From: Pedosphaera sp. | GTDB lineage: Bacteria; Verrucomicrobiota; Verrucomicrobiia; Limisphaerales; SIBH01 | Reading direction: 5' to 3' | NCBI GenBank assembly: GCA_031414955.1 | Contig: JANOQV010000113.1 | Coordinates: 1-40,709, forward strand | Length of the DNA stretch: 40,709 nucleotides | In this document: positions 1 to 8,782 of the stretch, in pieces | Position numbering within the stretch: the stretch's first letter is position 1 | Layout: each line of letters opens with the position of its first letter | The notes under the pieces: generated by a model | Database searches by the model: none | What the model was told of the DNA's origin: nothing | The model's input: only the letters and a program-made list of their open reading frames with translations | Made by a program: the position numbers and the translations under genes

Positions 1-153
1 AAGGAACGGCAGAAGTGCCTCGTGAAGCTCGCGCAGAGCGGCGACATCCCGCCGGAGGTATTGATGAGCCTGCCGTCGCCGGATGAGATCGCGCGCCGCG
101 CCGTGGAAGCGAAAGCCAAGGCCGCCGCCGCGCTCGAAAAAGCCGGTCAATAA
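1..153 (+). CDS. 3' end of a protein of unknown function (partial)
   Basis: Frame 1 open from window start (KERQKCLVKLAQSGDIPPEVLMSLPSPDEIARRAVEAKAKAAAALEKAGQ) to TAA 151-153, with GC-rich third positions. Confidence 0.6.
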   Translation, partial: KERQKCLVKLAQSGDIPPEVLMSLPSPDEIARRAVEAKAKAAAALEKAGQ

Positions 154-201
154 AGGTCCACCGCTTTTCGACCCTGCCCAGTTCAGTTCAGTTCCACGGC
201 G

Positions 202-960
202 ATGCAACGGCTCCAGCGCAATCAAGGCGCGTATCGCGGCGAGACCATCGACATCGCCGCCACGCTGGCCGACATCAAGGCGGCTGCCACGGTCGCCGGC
301 TGGCATCAGGACAAGTTCGGTGACGACCCTGAGCTCTTCGCACTCCATCGCAAAGCTCACGAGAACGCACCGAAGCTCTATCTTTCCACCGGCATTCACG
401 GCGACGAACCCGCCGGCCCGCTCGCCGTGCTGGAATTGCTCCGTGAAAACGCCTGGCCCGACAATGCCGACCTCTGGCTCTGCCCGTGCCTGAACCCCAC
501 CGGCTTCCCGCTCAACACCCGCGAGTCGGCCGAGGGCGTGGACTTGAACCGCGACTACCTCAGCCGCCGCGCGGCCGAAGTGCGCGCCCACATCGCCTGG
601 CTGGAACAGCAGCCGCGCTTCGACCTGTGCCTCTGCCTGCATGAAGATTGGGAAGCGCACGGCTTCTACGTCTATGAATTGAACCCCGACCACCAGCCCT
701 CCCTCGCCGAGCGCATGGTCGAGGCCGTGCGCCCCGTCTGCCCCATCGACCCCAGCGAACTGATCGACGGACGCGAAGCTCAGGCCGGCATCATCCGCCC
801 GAACCTCGACCCAACCACGCGACCCGAGTGGCCGGAAGCGTTCTACCTCTACCAGCAAAAGTGCCGGCTGGGTTACACGCTGGAAGCGCCGTCGGATTTT
901 CCGCTGGCCGCGCGGGTGGCTGCGCTGGTGCAAGCGACGAAGGCCGGGGTGTTTTTGTAA
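202..960 (+). CDS. M14 family zinc carboxypeptidase (succinylglutamate desuccinylase/aspartoacylase-like)
   Basis: Motifs GIHGDEPAG (HxxE), PCLNPTG, DLNRDY, CLHED and C-terminal TLEAP. Confidence 0.85.
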   Translation: MQRLQRNQGAYRGETIDIAATLADIKAAATVAGWHQDKFGDDPELFALHRKAHENAPKLYLSTGIHGDEPAGPLAVLELLRENAWPDNADLWLCPCLNPTGFPLNTRESAEGVDLNRDYLSRRAAEVRAHIAWLEQQPRFDLCLCLHEDWEAHGFYVYELNPDHQPSLAERMVEAVRPVCPIDPSELIDGREAQAGIIRPNLDPTTRPEWPEAFYLYQQKCRLGYTLEAPSDFPLAARVAALVQATKAGVFL

Positions 961-999
961 AGCCCACCTCAGATCGTGGGCCCGAAAGCAGACCGGAGA

Positions 1000-1935
1000 T
1001 TAGCGATCCGACAACATCCGGTCCATGAAGGCGGCCCGGAAAAGGCATTCGTTGGATTCAAAGTTGATTCTTTCAGAAAGCCCGGGACTGACCCGGGCGC
1101 GCAAGGGCGACTCCCCTTCGAGCCGGCCCGAGTGAGCGGGCCGCGCGGTGGCGTGCTTGACCCAGAGAAACCAGTAAAGCTCCTTGAGGGATTGCTGGAT
1201 CAGCGAGCGGTTCAGGCGGCGAAATTTTTGCAGGACGTCCTGCTCCACGGAAAGTTTGGGATGAACCGCCCGCAACGCCTCATCACTTCGGCAGGCCTCC
1301 TCAATTTCCTCCGAGCCGTAAATTCGATAAAGATAACAATAGATCACGACCGCGAGGATCGCCGTGGTCACGCCGGGCTGAGGATCGTGCCTCGTTCGCC
1401 GGCTACTTCGACCCGGCTTCAGGGCCGAAAGAATGGCGTCCTGAATTGCGGCCAGCAGTTCTCCGGCCGGCAGGCGCAATTTCCTGGCGTCCAGCGATCC
1501 CTCCTTCAACACCTCCGCCAACTCCGCCGGGCGCGAGTTCAACCCGGCCAATGGAATCCGGGGCGCAACCGCGTGGAGGAAGAGCCCGGCCATGGTTTCG
1601 CGCAGAGCCGCGGCGGAGAATGGTTTGGCCAGCGTGCGGTCAGCCCCCACCAATCGCGCCACACCCAGATATTCCTCCGAGGCCACCGCGCCTCCCCCCG
1701 ACATGCTGATGATGGGAATGCAGGGCGCTAGTTTCCGCAGGCAGTCGATGGTCTGCAATCCACCCATGCCAGGCATGAGCACATCAGTGATGACCAACTG
1801 CACGGAACCGTCAAACTGCTGGAGGGCGTGTTCACCATCCTCCGCGACAGACACCTCGTGCCCGTCGGATTCCAGCATCAGCCGCAAGAGCATTCTCATG
1901 CTCTCGTCGTCATCGATGATTAATATGTGGGCCAT
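1000..1935 (-). CDS. Response regulator receiver domain fused to a DUF772-like (IS1182/IS5 transposase N-terminal-like) domain
   Basis: Start moved to ATG 1935 (MAHILIIDDD...ITDVLMPGMGG...SMSG...LAKPF = REC); C-terminal AVVIYCYLYRIYGSEEIEEACRSDEALR...LQKFRR resembles DUF772. Confidence 0.75.
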   Translation of the reverse strand: MAHILIIDDDESMRMLLRLMLESDGHEVSVAEDGEHALQQFDGSVQLVITDVLMPGMGGLQTIDCLRKLAPCIPIISMSGGGAVASEEYLGVARLVGADRTLAKPFSAAALRETMAGLFLHAVAPRIPLAGLNSRPAELAEVLKEGSLDARKLRLPAGELLAAIQDAILSALKPGRSSRRTRHDPQPGVTTAILAVVIYCYLYRIYGSEEIEEACRSDEALRAVHPKLSVEQDVLQKFRRLNRSLIQQSLKELYWFLWVKHATARPAHSGRLEGESPLRARVSPGLSERINFESNECLFRAAFMDRMLSDR

Positions 1936-2150
1936 GAATATCCCCTGTTCGGAGCTATTGGCGCCGTGCGTTTCGCCACTCCCACTCTGGAGCGACGATT
2001 CTTCTAACGGCGATCTGGAGGATAACTTGAACGACAAAAGGGACTGATTGATCGGGCCGGCAAAGATCCACCGGTTTTCCAGGGGCACCCCGCACTGGGA
2101 CAATCTCGAAATGGCCGAGCCTCCTCCGCCACCGACCGATGAAACGTCCC

Positions 2151-4253
2151 CTACCCTTGCGCCAGCCAGCGCGAGACTTCGCCGCGCAGTTCGCCGCGCT
2201 CTGTCTCGCCCAAACCGCGCGGGTCGAAGCGATGCCGCTGGTGCAGCGCGAGCAGGCGGCGGAGGGAAGGGTTGGGGGTTGAAGGTTGAGGGTTGAGGGC
2301 TGGTGATCTTCCCACCGCCCACCGTCCACCGCCCACCGACTCCTCCACCCGCCGCAGCCACTGGGACCAGTTCTCGCTCGCGGCCCGCTCCAGTCCGCGC
2401 GCCGCGAAATGTTTCTCGATCAGGTAGAAATCGGAGTCGGCTCCGGCGCGCTGGGCGGCGCGGCGCTTTTCCTGACGTTGCGCGCGCCGCTGCTTCCATT
2501 GCTTGCCGAAGGCGAAGCGCACCAGCACCACGATGAGCAGCGGCACGGGCGCGAGCATGAGCCATTTGCGCCACTCGGTCTTGCCCCAGCGGATCTTCGA
2601 GAACTCAAACCACAGGTCGGAGAGGAAATCCTTCACCGGTTGCAGCCACGAGGTGTGCGCGGATTCGGCGGCGTCCCAAGAGGACGGCGTGGTGTCGAAG
2701 TCGATCCAGTTCGTGCCGTTCCAAGCCAGGGTCCAGGCGTGGGCGTGGCGGTCGCGCACCACGTACTTGCTCCCCTTCCCTTCCTGCACCGAGTAGCCCA
2801 CGGCGTAGCGCGTGGGCACGCCGGCATGGCGCAGCAAGAGCGTGGTGGCGGTGGCGAAGTATTCGCAGTGGCCTGACTTGGTGCGCAGGAGGAAGCGCGC
2901 CAGGGCGGTCTCATTGGTCGTGGCGGCGGACGCGGCGGTGAGATAGCGGGCGTATTGGAACTGGCTGGTGAAGAATCTTGCCACCGTGCGCAACGCCTCC
3001 TGCGGCGGCATCTCGCGGCGCAGTCGCAACTCCCTCGCCACCTGGGCCAGGGCGGGTTCCAACTCCTCGAAGGTGCGCAGGTCTTCCTCGCTCCAGGCGG
3101 AGTCGAAGGTCACGCCGCGATCATGGCGTGCCTCGTAAATGGCCAACCCCGGACCGGCGATCATCTTCGCGCCGCCCCAGTAATTGGTCTGCACGTCGCC
3201 CGCCCACAGTCCGGCCACCCCGGCCGCGCCGGTGGGCAGCGGCAGCAAGCCCTGCCCGCCGCGGAAGTAGCCCGCGATGGAGAGGGTGAAGCGCGTGGGC
3301 TTGCGCGGAAGAATCATCCAGGCGCTCGGATCGCTCTCCGAGGGCACGCTGGTGAAGCTGCGGTTTGTCACCGTCCACAGGCTGGTCCCGCGCGAATCCA
3401 ACCGATAGGCATTGAAGCTCGTCTCGCGCAGCAATTCCGGCGGCGCGTCGCCCTCGGTGCGCAGCCGCAGCACGATGCGATCGGAGTTTTTCAAGTGGCC
3501 GATGGAGCCGATGCGGGTGCGGGCCTCGCGGTCGTTGAAGCCCAGTCCGCTGAACTTGGCGAACCAGGTCATGTTCATTTCCTCCAACCGCTTTTGCAGG
3601 CGGAACAATCCGGTGTGCGCGCCGTAGCCCGCCACCGCCACGGCCAGGAACAACGCGCACCACGGGACGAGCGAAAGCCGCCGGGGGCGCAGCGCGAGCA
3701 GCGCCCACGCCACGACCAGCGTGAAGCCGTAGTAGAACACCACGGCCCGTTCGGTGCGCGCGCTCGCCGCCAGCAGACAGAGCGCGACGTAGGGGAACGA
3801 GACATCCACAGTGTCGCGCGGCAGGGTGGAATTCGGGGTGCGCGCCTCCTGTTTGCGCAGCCACCACGAAAAAGTGGCCAGCCCCACGCGCGGCGGGTCG
3901 TTGAACACCTGCGCCAGCAGGAAGGGCAGAAAGATCATCGGGAACCACTGGAACCAGGTCAGGGCCGACTGGCCCGCCTGCCGCATGGCCTCGGGCCGGC
4001 GCCCGGCATGGGCAAAGAAATCGTCCAGCGAAACGGTGCCCTCGTTGACGAGCAAAAACGTGCCCACGCCGATGAACAGCACCGTGCAGATGTTCCAGAG
4101 CCGGTTGAAGTCGGCCTGATTGAGCGACCAGCGCGTCTTGATCACGCGAGATAATTCCAGCGCCAGCCCCGCCAGCAGGCCCAGCCAGAGATGCCCGGTC
4201 TGCCAGCCCCAAAAGAGCAGCGCGGCGAGAACGAGAAGCGGCGGCGTGTTCAT
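2151..4253 (-). CDS. Membrane-anchored transglutaminase-like protein (TgpA-like)
   Basis: N-terminal TM helices; catalytic motifs GHCEYFA, HAHAW, WIDFDTTP; lies downstream of DUF58. Confidence 0.85.
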   Translation of the reverse strand: MNTPPLLVLAALLFWGWQTGHLWLGLLAGLALELSRVIKTRWSLNQADFNRLWNICTVLFIGVGTFLLVNEGTVSLDDFFAHAGRRPEAMRQAGQSALTWFQWFPMIFLPFLLAQVFNDPPRVGLATFSWWLRKQEARTPNSTLPRDTVDVSFPYVALCLLAASARTERAVVFYYGFTLVVAWALLALRPRRLSLVPWCALFLAVAVAGYGAHTGLFRLQKRLEEMNMTWFAKFSGLGFNDREARTRIGSIGHLKNSDRIVLRLRTEGDAPPELLRETSFNAYRLDSRGTSLWTVTNRSFTSVPSESDPSAWMILPRKPTRFTLSIAGYFRGGQGLLPLPTGAAGVAGLWAGDVQTNYWGGAKMIAGPGLAIYEARHDRGVTFDSAWSEEDLRTFEELEPALAQVARELRLRREMPPQEALRTVARFFTSQFQYARYLTAASAATTNETALARFLLRTKSGHCEYFATATTLLLRHAGVPTRYAVGYSVQEGKGSKYVVRDRHAHAWTLAWNGTNWIDFDTTPSSWDAAESAHTSWLQPVKDFLSDLWFEFSKIRWGKTEWRKWLMLAPVPLLIVVLVRFAFGKQWKQRRAQRQEKRRAAQRAGADSDFYLIEKHFAARGLERAASENWSQWLRRVEESVGGGRWAVGRSPALNPQPSTPNPSLRRLLALHQRHRFDPRGLGETERGELRGEVSRWLAQG
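2270..2339. repeat. Heptamer tandem-repeat imperfect palindrome in frame within the transglutaminase gene
   Basis: GGTTGGG GGTTGAA GGTTGAG GGTTGAG (2270-2297) and CCACCGC CCACCGT CCACCGC CCACCGA (2312-2339). Confidence 0.8.
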
Positions 4254-4348
4254 GGGAAAAGGGGCAAGGCAGAAGGAGGGAAACTCAACCCCTGCCTTCC
4301 GCTTTCTTCCTTCACTTCTGCCTTCTTCATTCTTCCTTCCGCCTTCAT
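4250..4348 (-). other. Repeat hairpin spanned by a 32-aa coupling mini-ORF
   Basis: ATG 1 nt after the DUF58 stop; MKAEGRMKKAEVKEESGRQGLSFPPSALPLFP; TGA overlaps the transglutaminase ATG (ATGA); GAAGGCA/GAATGAA-type units and an inverted CCTTCTGCCTT arm. Confidence 0.6.
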
Positions 4349-4349
4349 T

Positions 4350-5777
4350 TCACAGCCTCGCCAGCCCTTCCTCAATTTTGCCCACCTCCAGCACCTGCCA
4401 TGACTCCGGATCATCCGGCCGCCGCTCCAGCGCCGCCGCGCCCGCCTCGCGAACAATCAACACCATCGCCGGCACGCCCATCTGAGTGAGCTGGCGCACG
4501 AGCTGGCGGCGCGGCTCATCCCACGCGAGAAAAATGCAGATGCAGCCGCTCACCGAAGCCGCGTGCACCACCACCAGTTGCTCCAGCGCCGCGAAGGACT
4601 GATGCGGCGCGGGGGCCACCGACGCCAGCAGCTCCAGCATCTGATCCGCGCCACCCAGCCCGCGACCGATGGTGAAGCAAAACGCCTCCGGTCCGATGAA
4701 GAGCAAATCGAGCAGCGATTCCTGGGTGTCGATGGTGCAGGCAAATGATGCCGCCACGGAGACAGCCTCCTCGAAAACCGCCGAATCGACCTGCTTCGAG
4801 GTGGCCCGCCTCGCGCTGCGAGGCGAGTCGGATTCCTGTTCCTCAGACTGGCCACGGCCAGGAGCACGGCTCGCAGCGCGAGCCTTTCCACCTGGAGCTT
4901 TGGATTCGCCGAATGTGTCCAGAATCAGCGCGTGCCGGACGAAGAATTCATCCTGAAACTCCTTCACCACCGGCCGCCCGGTTTTGGCCCAGCTCCGCCA
5001 GTGAATGCGCCGCATCGGATCGCCCGGTCGATAATCCCGCAGCGCCACGAACTCCTCCGACTCGCCAATCGCCGCCGCCAGCGCCACCCCGCCGTGCTGA
5101 TATTGTTGCGACCCCGGCAGCGCCAGCGCGGGCAGTGGATAACGCTTGGGCAGAATGGTCAGCGCACCCGGCGCCTTCACGTTGAGGAACGCGCGGAACA
5201 ATCCGAACGGGTCCGGCCGCGCCACCGTCACCGCGTCGAAGTGCAACACCCCGCGCCGCAGCGGCACCAGTTCCACCTCCACCTGCGCCTCGCCCCGCGG
5301 CGGCAAGGTCGCGAGCGATTGCGGCTTGAGCGCCCGCACCCGCCGCACATCCGGCGGTGCGGTGAAGCGGAACAGCCGCCCGCGTCGCTGCGGCCGGAAC
5401 GTGGCCACGAACTCCGCCAAGCCCGGTCGCGGATCGACCAGCCCATCCAGCACCTGCAACCCCGCCTGCGCCCGTCCCGACAGATTCCGCACCGCCACCG
5501 TGTAGCGCAGCGGCTTCCCCGCGCTGCCGAACTTCGGCAGCAATCGCTCCACGGAAAACTTCGCGCGAAAGAACGGCGCCACCGCCACCGCCGCGACGCC
5601 CAGACAAAGCAACAGCGCAAAGGCCTGATACCCGTGCGACTGCTCCGTATCCGTGGCCATGCCGGCGGTGAGCCACAGCCCCACGAAAACAATCCACCCG
5701 CCCGGCGTAAGCCGCCGCTTCGCCCAATAATTGAGCGAGGAGACGATCCGGTAGAGGCGATAGGCGAGGCGGTTCAT
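4350..5777 (-). CDS. DUF58 domain-containing protein
   Basis: DPFGLF, EFVALRDYRPGDPMRRIHWRSWAKTG, VKEFQDE, FEEAVSVAAS; probable start MNRLAY at 5777. Confidence 0.9.
   Translation of the reverse strand: MNRLAYRLYRIVSSLNYWAKRRLTPGGWIVFVGLWLTAGMATDTEQSHGYQAFALLLCLGVAAVAVAPFFRAKFSVERLLPKFGSAGKPLRYTVAVRNLSGRAQAGLQVLDGLVDPRPGLAEFVATFRPQRRGRLFRFTAPPDVRRVRALKPQSLATLPPRGEAQVEVELVPLRRGVLHFDAVTVARPDPFGLFRAFLNVKAPGALTILPKRYPLPALALPGSQQYQHGGVALAAAIGESEEFVALRDYRPGDPMRRIHWRSWAKTGRPVVKEFQDEFFVRHALILDTFGESKAPGGKARAASRAPGRGQSEEQESDSPRSARRATSKQVDSAVFEEAVSVAASFACTIDTQESLLDLLFIGPEAFCFTIGRGLGGADQMLELLASVAPAPHQSFAALEQLVVVHAASVSGCICIFLAWDEPRRQLVRQLTQMGVPAMVLIVREAGAAALERRPDDPESWQVLEVGKIEEGLARL
4799..4893. repeat. 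REP-like inverted palindrome pair in frame within DUF58
   Basis: AGGTGGCCCGCCTCGCGCTGCGAGGC...GGCTCGCAGCGCGAGCCTTTCCACCT; each arm is self-complementary and the arms are inverted relative to each other. Confidence 0.7.
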
Positions 5778-5808
5778 CTGGGGAAAGGTTCTCCGAACAG
5801 GGAGAATT

Positions 5809-5829
5809 GTCCAAGGTCCAAAGTCCAAG
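5809..5829. repeat. Single arm of a heptamer repeat (GTCCAAG/GTCCAAA x3)
   Basis: GTCCAAG GTCCAAA GTCCAAG with no inverted partner nearby. Confidence 0.65.
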
Positions 5830-5907
5830 GCCGGGAGCGCACTGGGCGCAGCCGCACCAACCCACAAACTCTTTGAACAGGCGTGGCGTTCAGGGCATCA
5901 ATGCCTC

Positions 5908-8622
5908 GTGCATCTCCCAACCGCCACTCTGGCTGTCCTGCTGAGCGCGACCGTGCTCGCGCGGGCGGAGACACCCGGCGGGCGGCATTTCACGGAGAAG
6001 GTCAAGCCGCTGCTGGACTCGCGCTGTGTCAGTTGCCACGGGCCGGACAAGGTGAAGGCGGCGCTGCGCCTCGACTCGCGCGCGGCCATGCTCAAAGGCG
6101 GCGAGAACGGACCGGCGGTGATTCCCGGCAAGCCCAACGACAGCCTCCTGCTCCAGGCCATCATGCACACCAAGAAGGATCTGGAGATGCCGCCCAAGGA
6201 AAGGCTCACCACGAACGACATCGCGGTGTTCAGGCGCTGGATCGAGGAAGGCGCACCGTGGCCCGCGAGCGCGACGAATATGGCCGCGGCCGAACCGATC
6301 AAACCCGGCGAACGGCTCGGCGATGCGTGGAGCGACCCGCGCAATCCCATCGTGAAGATATTTGGCGGGCAACGGCTGGACTTGTGGTCGCTCAAGCCGG
6401 TGCGGCGGGTGGAACCGCCAAAGTCAGTCAGCAGTGAAACAGTAAACAGCAGGTCAGGGAACCACGGCGCGAAGGGTGCGGGCGCGCGCACTGTTTCACG
6501 AATTACTGATTACCCCACTCACAACCCCATCGACCGGTTCATCCACGCCAGGCTCGCGGAGAAACGCCTCCAGCCCGCGCCCGAAGCCGACCGGCGCACG
6601 CTGGCCCGGCGAGTTTATTTCGATCTCACCGGGCTGCCGCCCGCGCCGGAAGAAGTCGCGGCGTTCGTGAACGACACTTCGCCCTCAGCCTACGAGCGGC
6701 TCGTGGACAAGTTGCTGGCCTCGCCCCGCCACGGTGAGCACCAGGCCCGGCTCTGGCTGGATGTGATTCGCTACAGCGACAGCAACGGCTTTGACTGGGA
6801 TGAGTTCCGGCCCAAGGCGTGGCGCTTCCGCGATTACGTCATCCGAGCCTTCAACCAGGACAAGCCGTACGACGAGTTTATCCGCGAGCAACTCGCCGGC
6901 GATGAATTGCTGGCGGGCGCGCCGAAGAACGAGGCGGAGCAGGATGCGCTCGTCGCCACCGGTTACCTGCGGCTCGGCCCGCAGGACAATTCCGCCGGAG
7001 CCTTCAACGAACAGGACCGCAGTCGCGCCGAGTTGTTGGCCGACCTGACGGAGACGACCAGCAGCGCGTTCCTCGGCCTCACCATGTCGTGCAACCGCTG
7101 CCATGATCACAAATTCGATCCGCTCTCGCACGCCGACCATTACCGGCTGCGCGCGTTCTTCGAGCCGGTGAAGTTCGCCGACGACATTCCGCTCGATGTC
7201 GCGCCCGAGCAGGAAATCATCCGCGCGCAGAACAAATCGCTCGATGAAAAGCTCAAGCCATTGCAGGAGCAGCGCGATGCCTTGCTCGAAGTCGTGAAGA
7301 AAAAACTGCGCGAGGAAAAGGCCGCGAAGCTCACACCCGAGGACCGCGCGCTGCTCGACACGCCCAAGGAGAAACGGACGAACGACCTGAAAGACAAGAT
7401 CGCCGCGCTGGAAAAGAAAGTGGAACCGAAGGACAAAGAGATTCAGGCCGCGCTCACGGAGGACGAGAAGAAACAGAACGCCGCGCTCGGAAAGCAGATT
7501 GATGAACTCAAGAAACAGAAGCGCGCCTTCACCCTGGCGCTGTTGATGACGGACAACGTGGAGAAGGTTCCCGTCACCAAAATTCTTTTCCAGGGCAATC
7601 ACAAAGATCCGCGTGACCCGGTGGTGCCGGGCTTCATCTCCGCGCTTGATCCAAACCCGGCGCAGATTCGCAAGGCGCTGAATCCGAAAACCACCGGACG
7701 CCGCCTCACGCTGGCCGATTGGATCGCTTCCACCAACAACCCGCTGACTGCGCGTGTGCTGGTAAACCGCGTCTGGCAGCAGCATTTCGGCAACGGACTC
7801 GTCGCCACGCCGAATGACTTCGGCCTGGCCGGCGCGCGCCCGACACATCCTGAATTGCTCGACTGGCTGGCCAGGGAGTTCGTGCGCGAAGGCTGGTCGT
7901 TGAAGAAGCTGCACCGGCTGATGGTGACGAGCACGGCCTACCGGCGGAGTTCAGTGAACAGGGAATCAGTGAACACTGGCGCAAGAGTCGGCGCGGCCCG
8001 CGCTGTTTCACCGATCACCGGCTCACCGATTACTGATTCACTGACTACTGGTTACTCCCGCCCAAGCATCCGCCGCCTGAGCGCCGAGCAATTGCGCGAC
8101 TCGCTCCTCGCCGTCTCCGGCCTGCTGCAACTCGATCACCTCGGTGGCCCGCCCATCTGGCCCGATCTGCCGGCGGAGATTTTGCAGGCCAACCCCGCCT
8201 TCCTGGATGACAACGAAACGAAGACCAAAGGCTGGTATCCCTCGCCCAAGACGAACCAGAACGTGCGCAGCGTTTTCCTAATTCAGAAAAAGACGGTGCG
8301 CGTGCCGTTCATGGAGACGTTCGACATGCCGGAGAATTCCGTGTCGTGCGCTCGCCGTACCGAATCCATCGTCGCGCCCCAGGCCCTTGCGCTGCTGAAC
8401 AGTTCGCTCACCGCCGAGGCCGCGCGGGCGCTGGCCGGGCGGGTGCAACGTGAAGCCGGTGCCGACACGGCGAAGCAAATCGAGCGCGCCTTCGACCTCA
8501 CGCTTCAACGCCCGCCCGATCAGGACGAACGCCAGGCCTGTTTCACGCTTCTCCAGCAACGCAGTCTGGCCGAACTTTGCCGCGCCTTGGTCAACCTGAA
8601 CGAATTCATCTACCTCGATTGA
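5908..8622 (+). CDS. PSCyt1/DUF1549/DUF1553 planctomycete-type cytochrome c domain protein
   Basis: Signal peptide; CVSCH; MPPK...WIEEGA; NPIDRFI; RRVYFDLTGLPP; CNRCHDHKFDP; NPLTARVLVNRVWQQHFG; THPELLDWLA; PQALALLN; NLNEFIYLD. Confidence 0.93.
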   Translation: MHLPTATLAVLLSATVLARAETPGGRHFTEKVKPLLDSRCVSCHGPDKVKAALRLDSRAAMLKGGENGPAVIPGKPNDSLLLQAIMHTKKDLEMPPKERLTTNDIAVFRRWIEEGAPWPASATNMAAAEPIKPGERLGDAWSDPRNPIVKIFGGQRLDLWSLKPVRRVEPPKSVSSETVNSRSGNHGAKGAGARTVSRITDYPTHNPIDRFIHARLAEKRLQPAPEADRRTLARRVYFDLTGLPPAPEEVAAFVNDTSPSAYERLVDKLLASPRHGEHQARLWLDVIRYSDSNGFDWDEFRPKAWRFRDYVIRAFNQDKPYDEFIREQLAGDELLAGAPKNEAEQDALVATGYLRLGPQDNSAGAFNEQDRSRAELLADLTETTSSAFLGLTMSCNRCHDHKFDPLSHADHYRLRAFFEPVKFADDIPLDVAPEQEIIRAQNKSLDEKLKPLQEQRDALLEVVKKKLREEKAAKLTPEDRALLDTPKEKRTNDLKDKIAALEKKVEPKDKEIQAALTEDEKKQNAALGKQIDELKKQKRAFTLALLMTDNVEKVPVTKILFQGNHKDPRDPVVPGFISALDPNPAQIRKALNPKTTGRRLTLADWIASTNNPLTARVLVNRVWQQHFGNGLVATPNDFGLAGARPTHPELLDWLAREFVREGWSLKKLHRLMVTSTAYRRSSVNRESVNTGARVGAARAVSPITGSPITDSLTTGYSRPSIRRLSAEQLRDSLLAVSGLLQLDHLGGPPIWPDLPAEILQANPAFLDDNETKTKGWYPSPKTNQNVRSVFLIQKKTVRVPFMETFDMPENSVSCARRTESIVAPQALALLNSSLTAEAARALAGRVQREAGADTAKQIERAFDLTLQRPPDQDERQACFTLLQQRSLAELCRALVNLNEFIYLD
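6423..6512. repeat. In-frame palindromic CAGTGAAACAGTAA-family element
   Basis: Left arm CAGTGAAACAGT, right arm ACTGTTTCAC...TTACTGATTAC; encodes SVSSETVNSR...TVSRITDY. Confidence 0.75.
7949..8055. repeat. Second in-frame palindromic element of the same family
   Basis: TCAGTGAACAGGGAATCAGTGAAC...CTGTTTCACCGATCACCGGCTCACCGATTACTGATTCACTGACTACTGGTTAC. Confidence 0.75.
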
Positions 8623-8625
8623 CGA

Positions 8626-8732
8626 AGCGCGACGCACCGACGTCGCGCGAGGCCTCCACTTTCGCAAAGCTTTCGCCACTCCTCACCCACCTCTCAGTTT
8701 CTTGGCCTGGCGCGACGTCGGTGCGTCGCGCT
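8626..8732. repeat. REP-like inverted doublet between convergent genes (possible bidirectional terminator/stabiliser)
   Basis: Perfect 23-bp inverted repeat AGCGCGACGCACCGACGTCGCGC (8626-8648 / 8710-8732); each copy has an internal 8-bp stem and a GAAG/GGAG foot. Confidence 0.8.
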
Positions 8733-8782
8733 CCAATGCAAAAGCGCAGGCACTGGCCTGCGCCTGCTTGGGCATGGACGGA

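Noticed and set aside
202..960. M14 peptidase as part of the ATP-grasp system
   Set aside because: About 11 kb away and separated by unrelated genes
1936..2574. N-terminal extension of the 524-aa ORF in the track
   Set aside because: Overlaps the transglutaminase 3' end and repeat DNA; the REC domain starts at 1935
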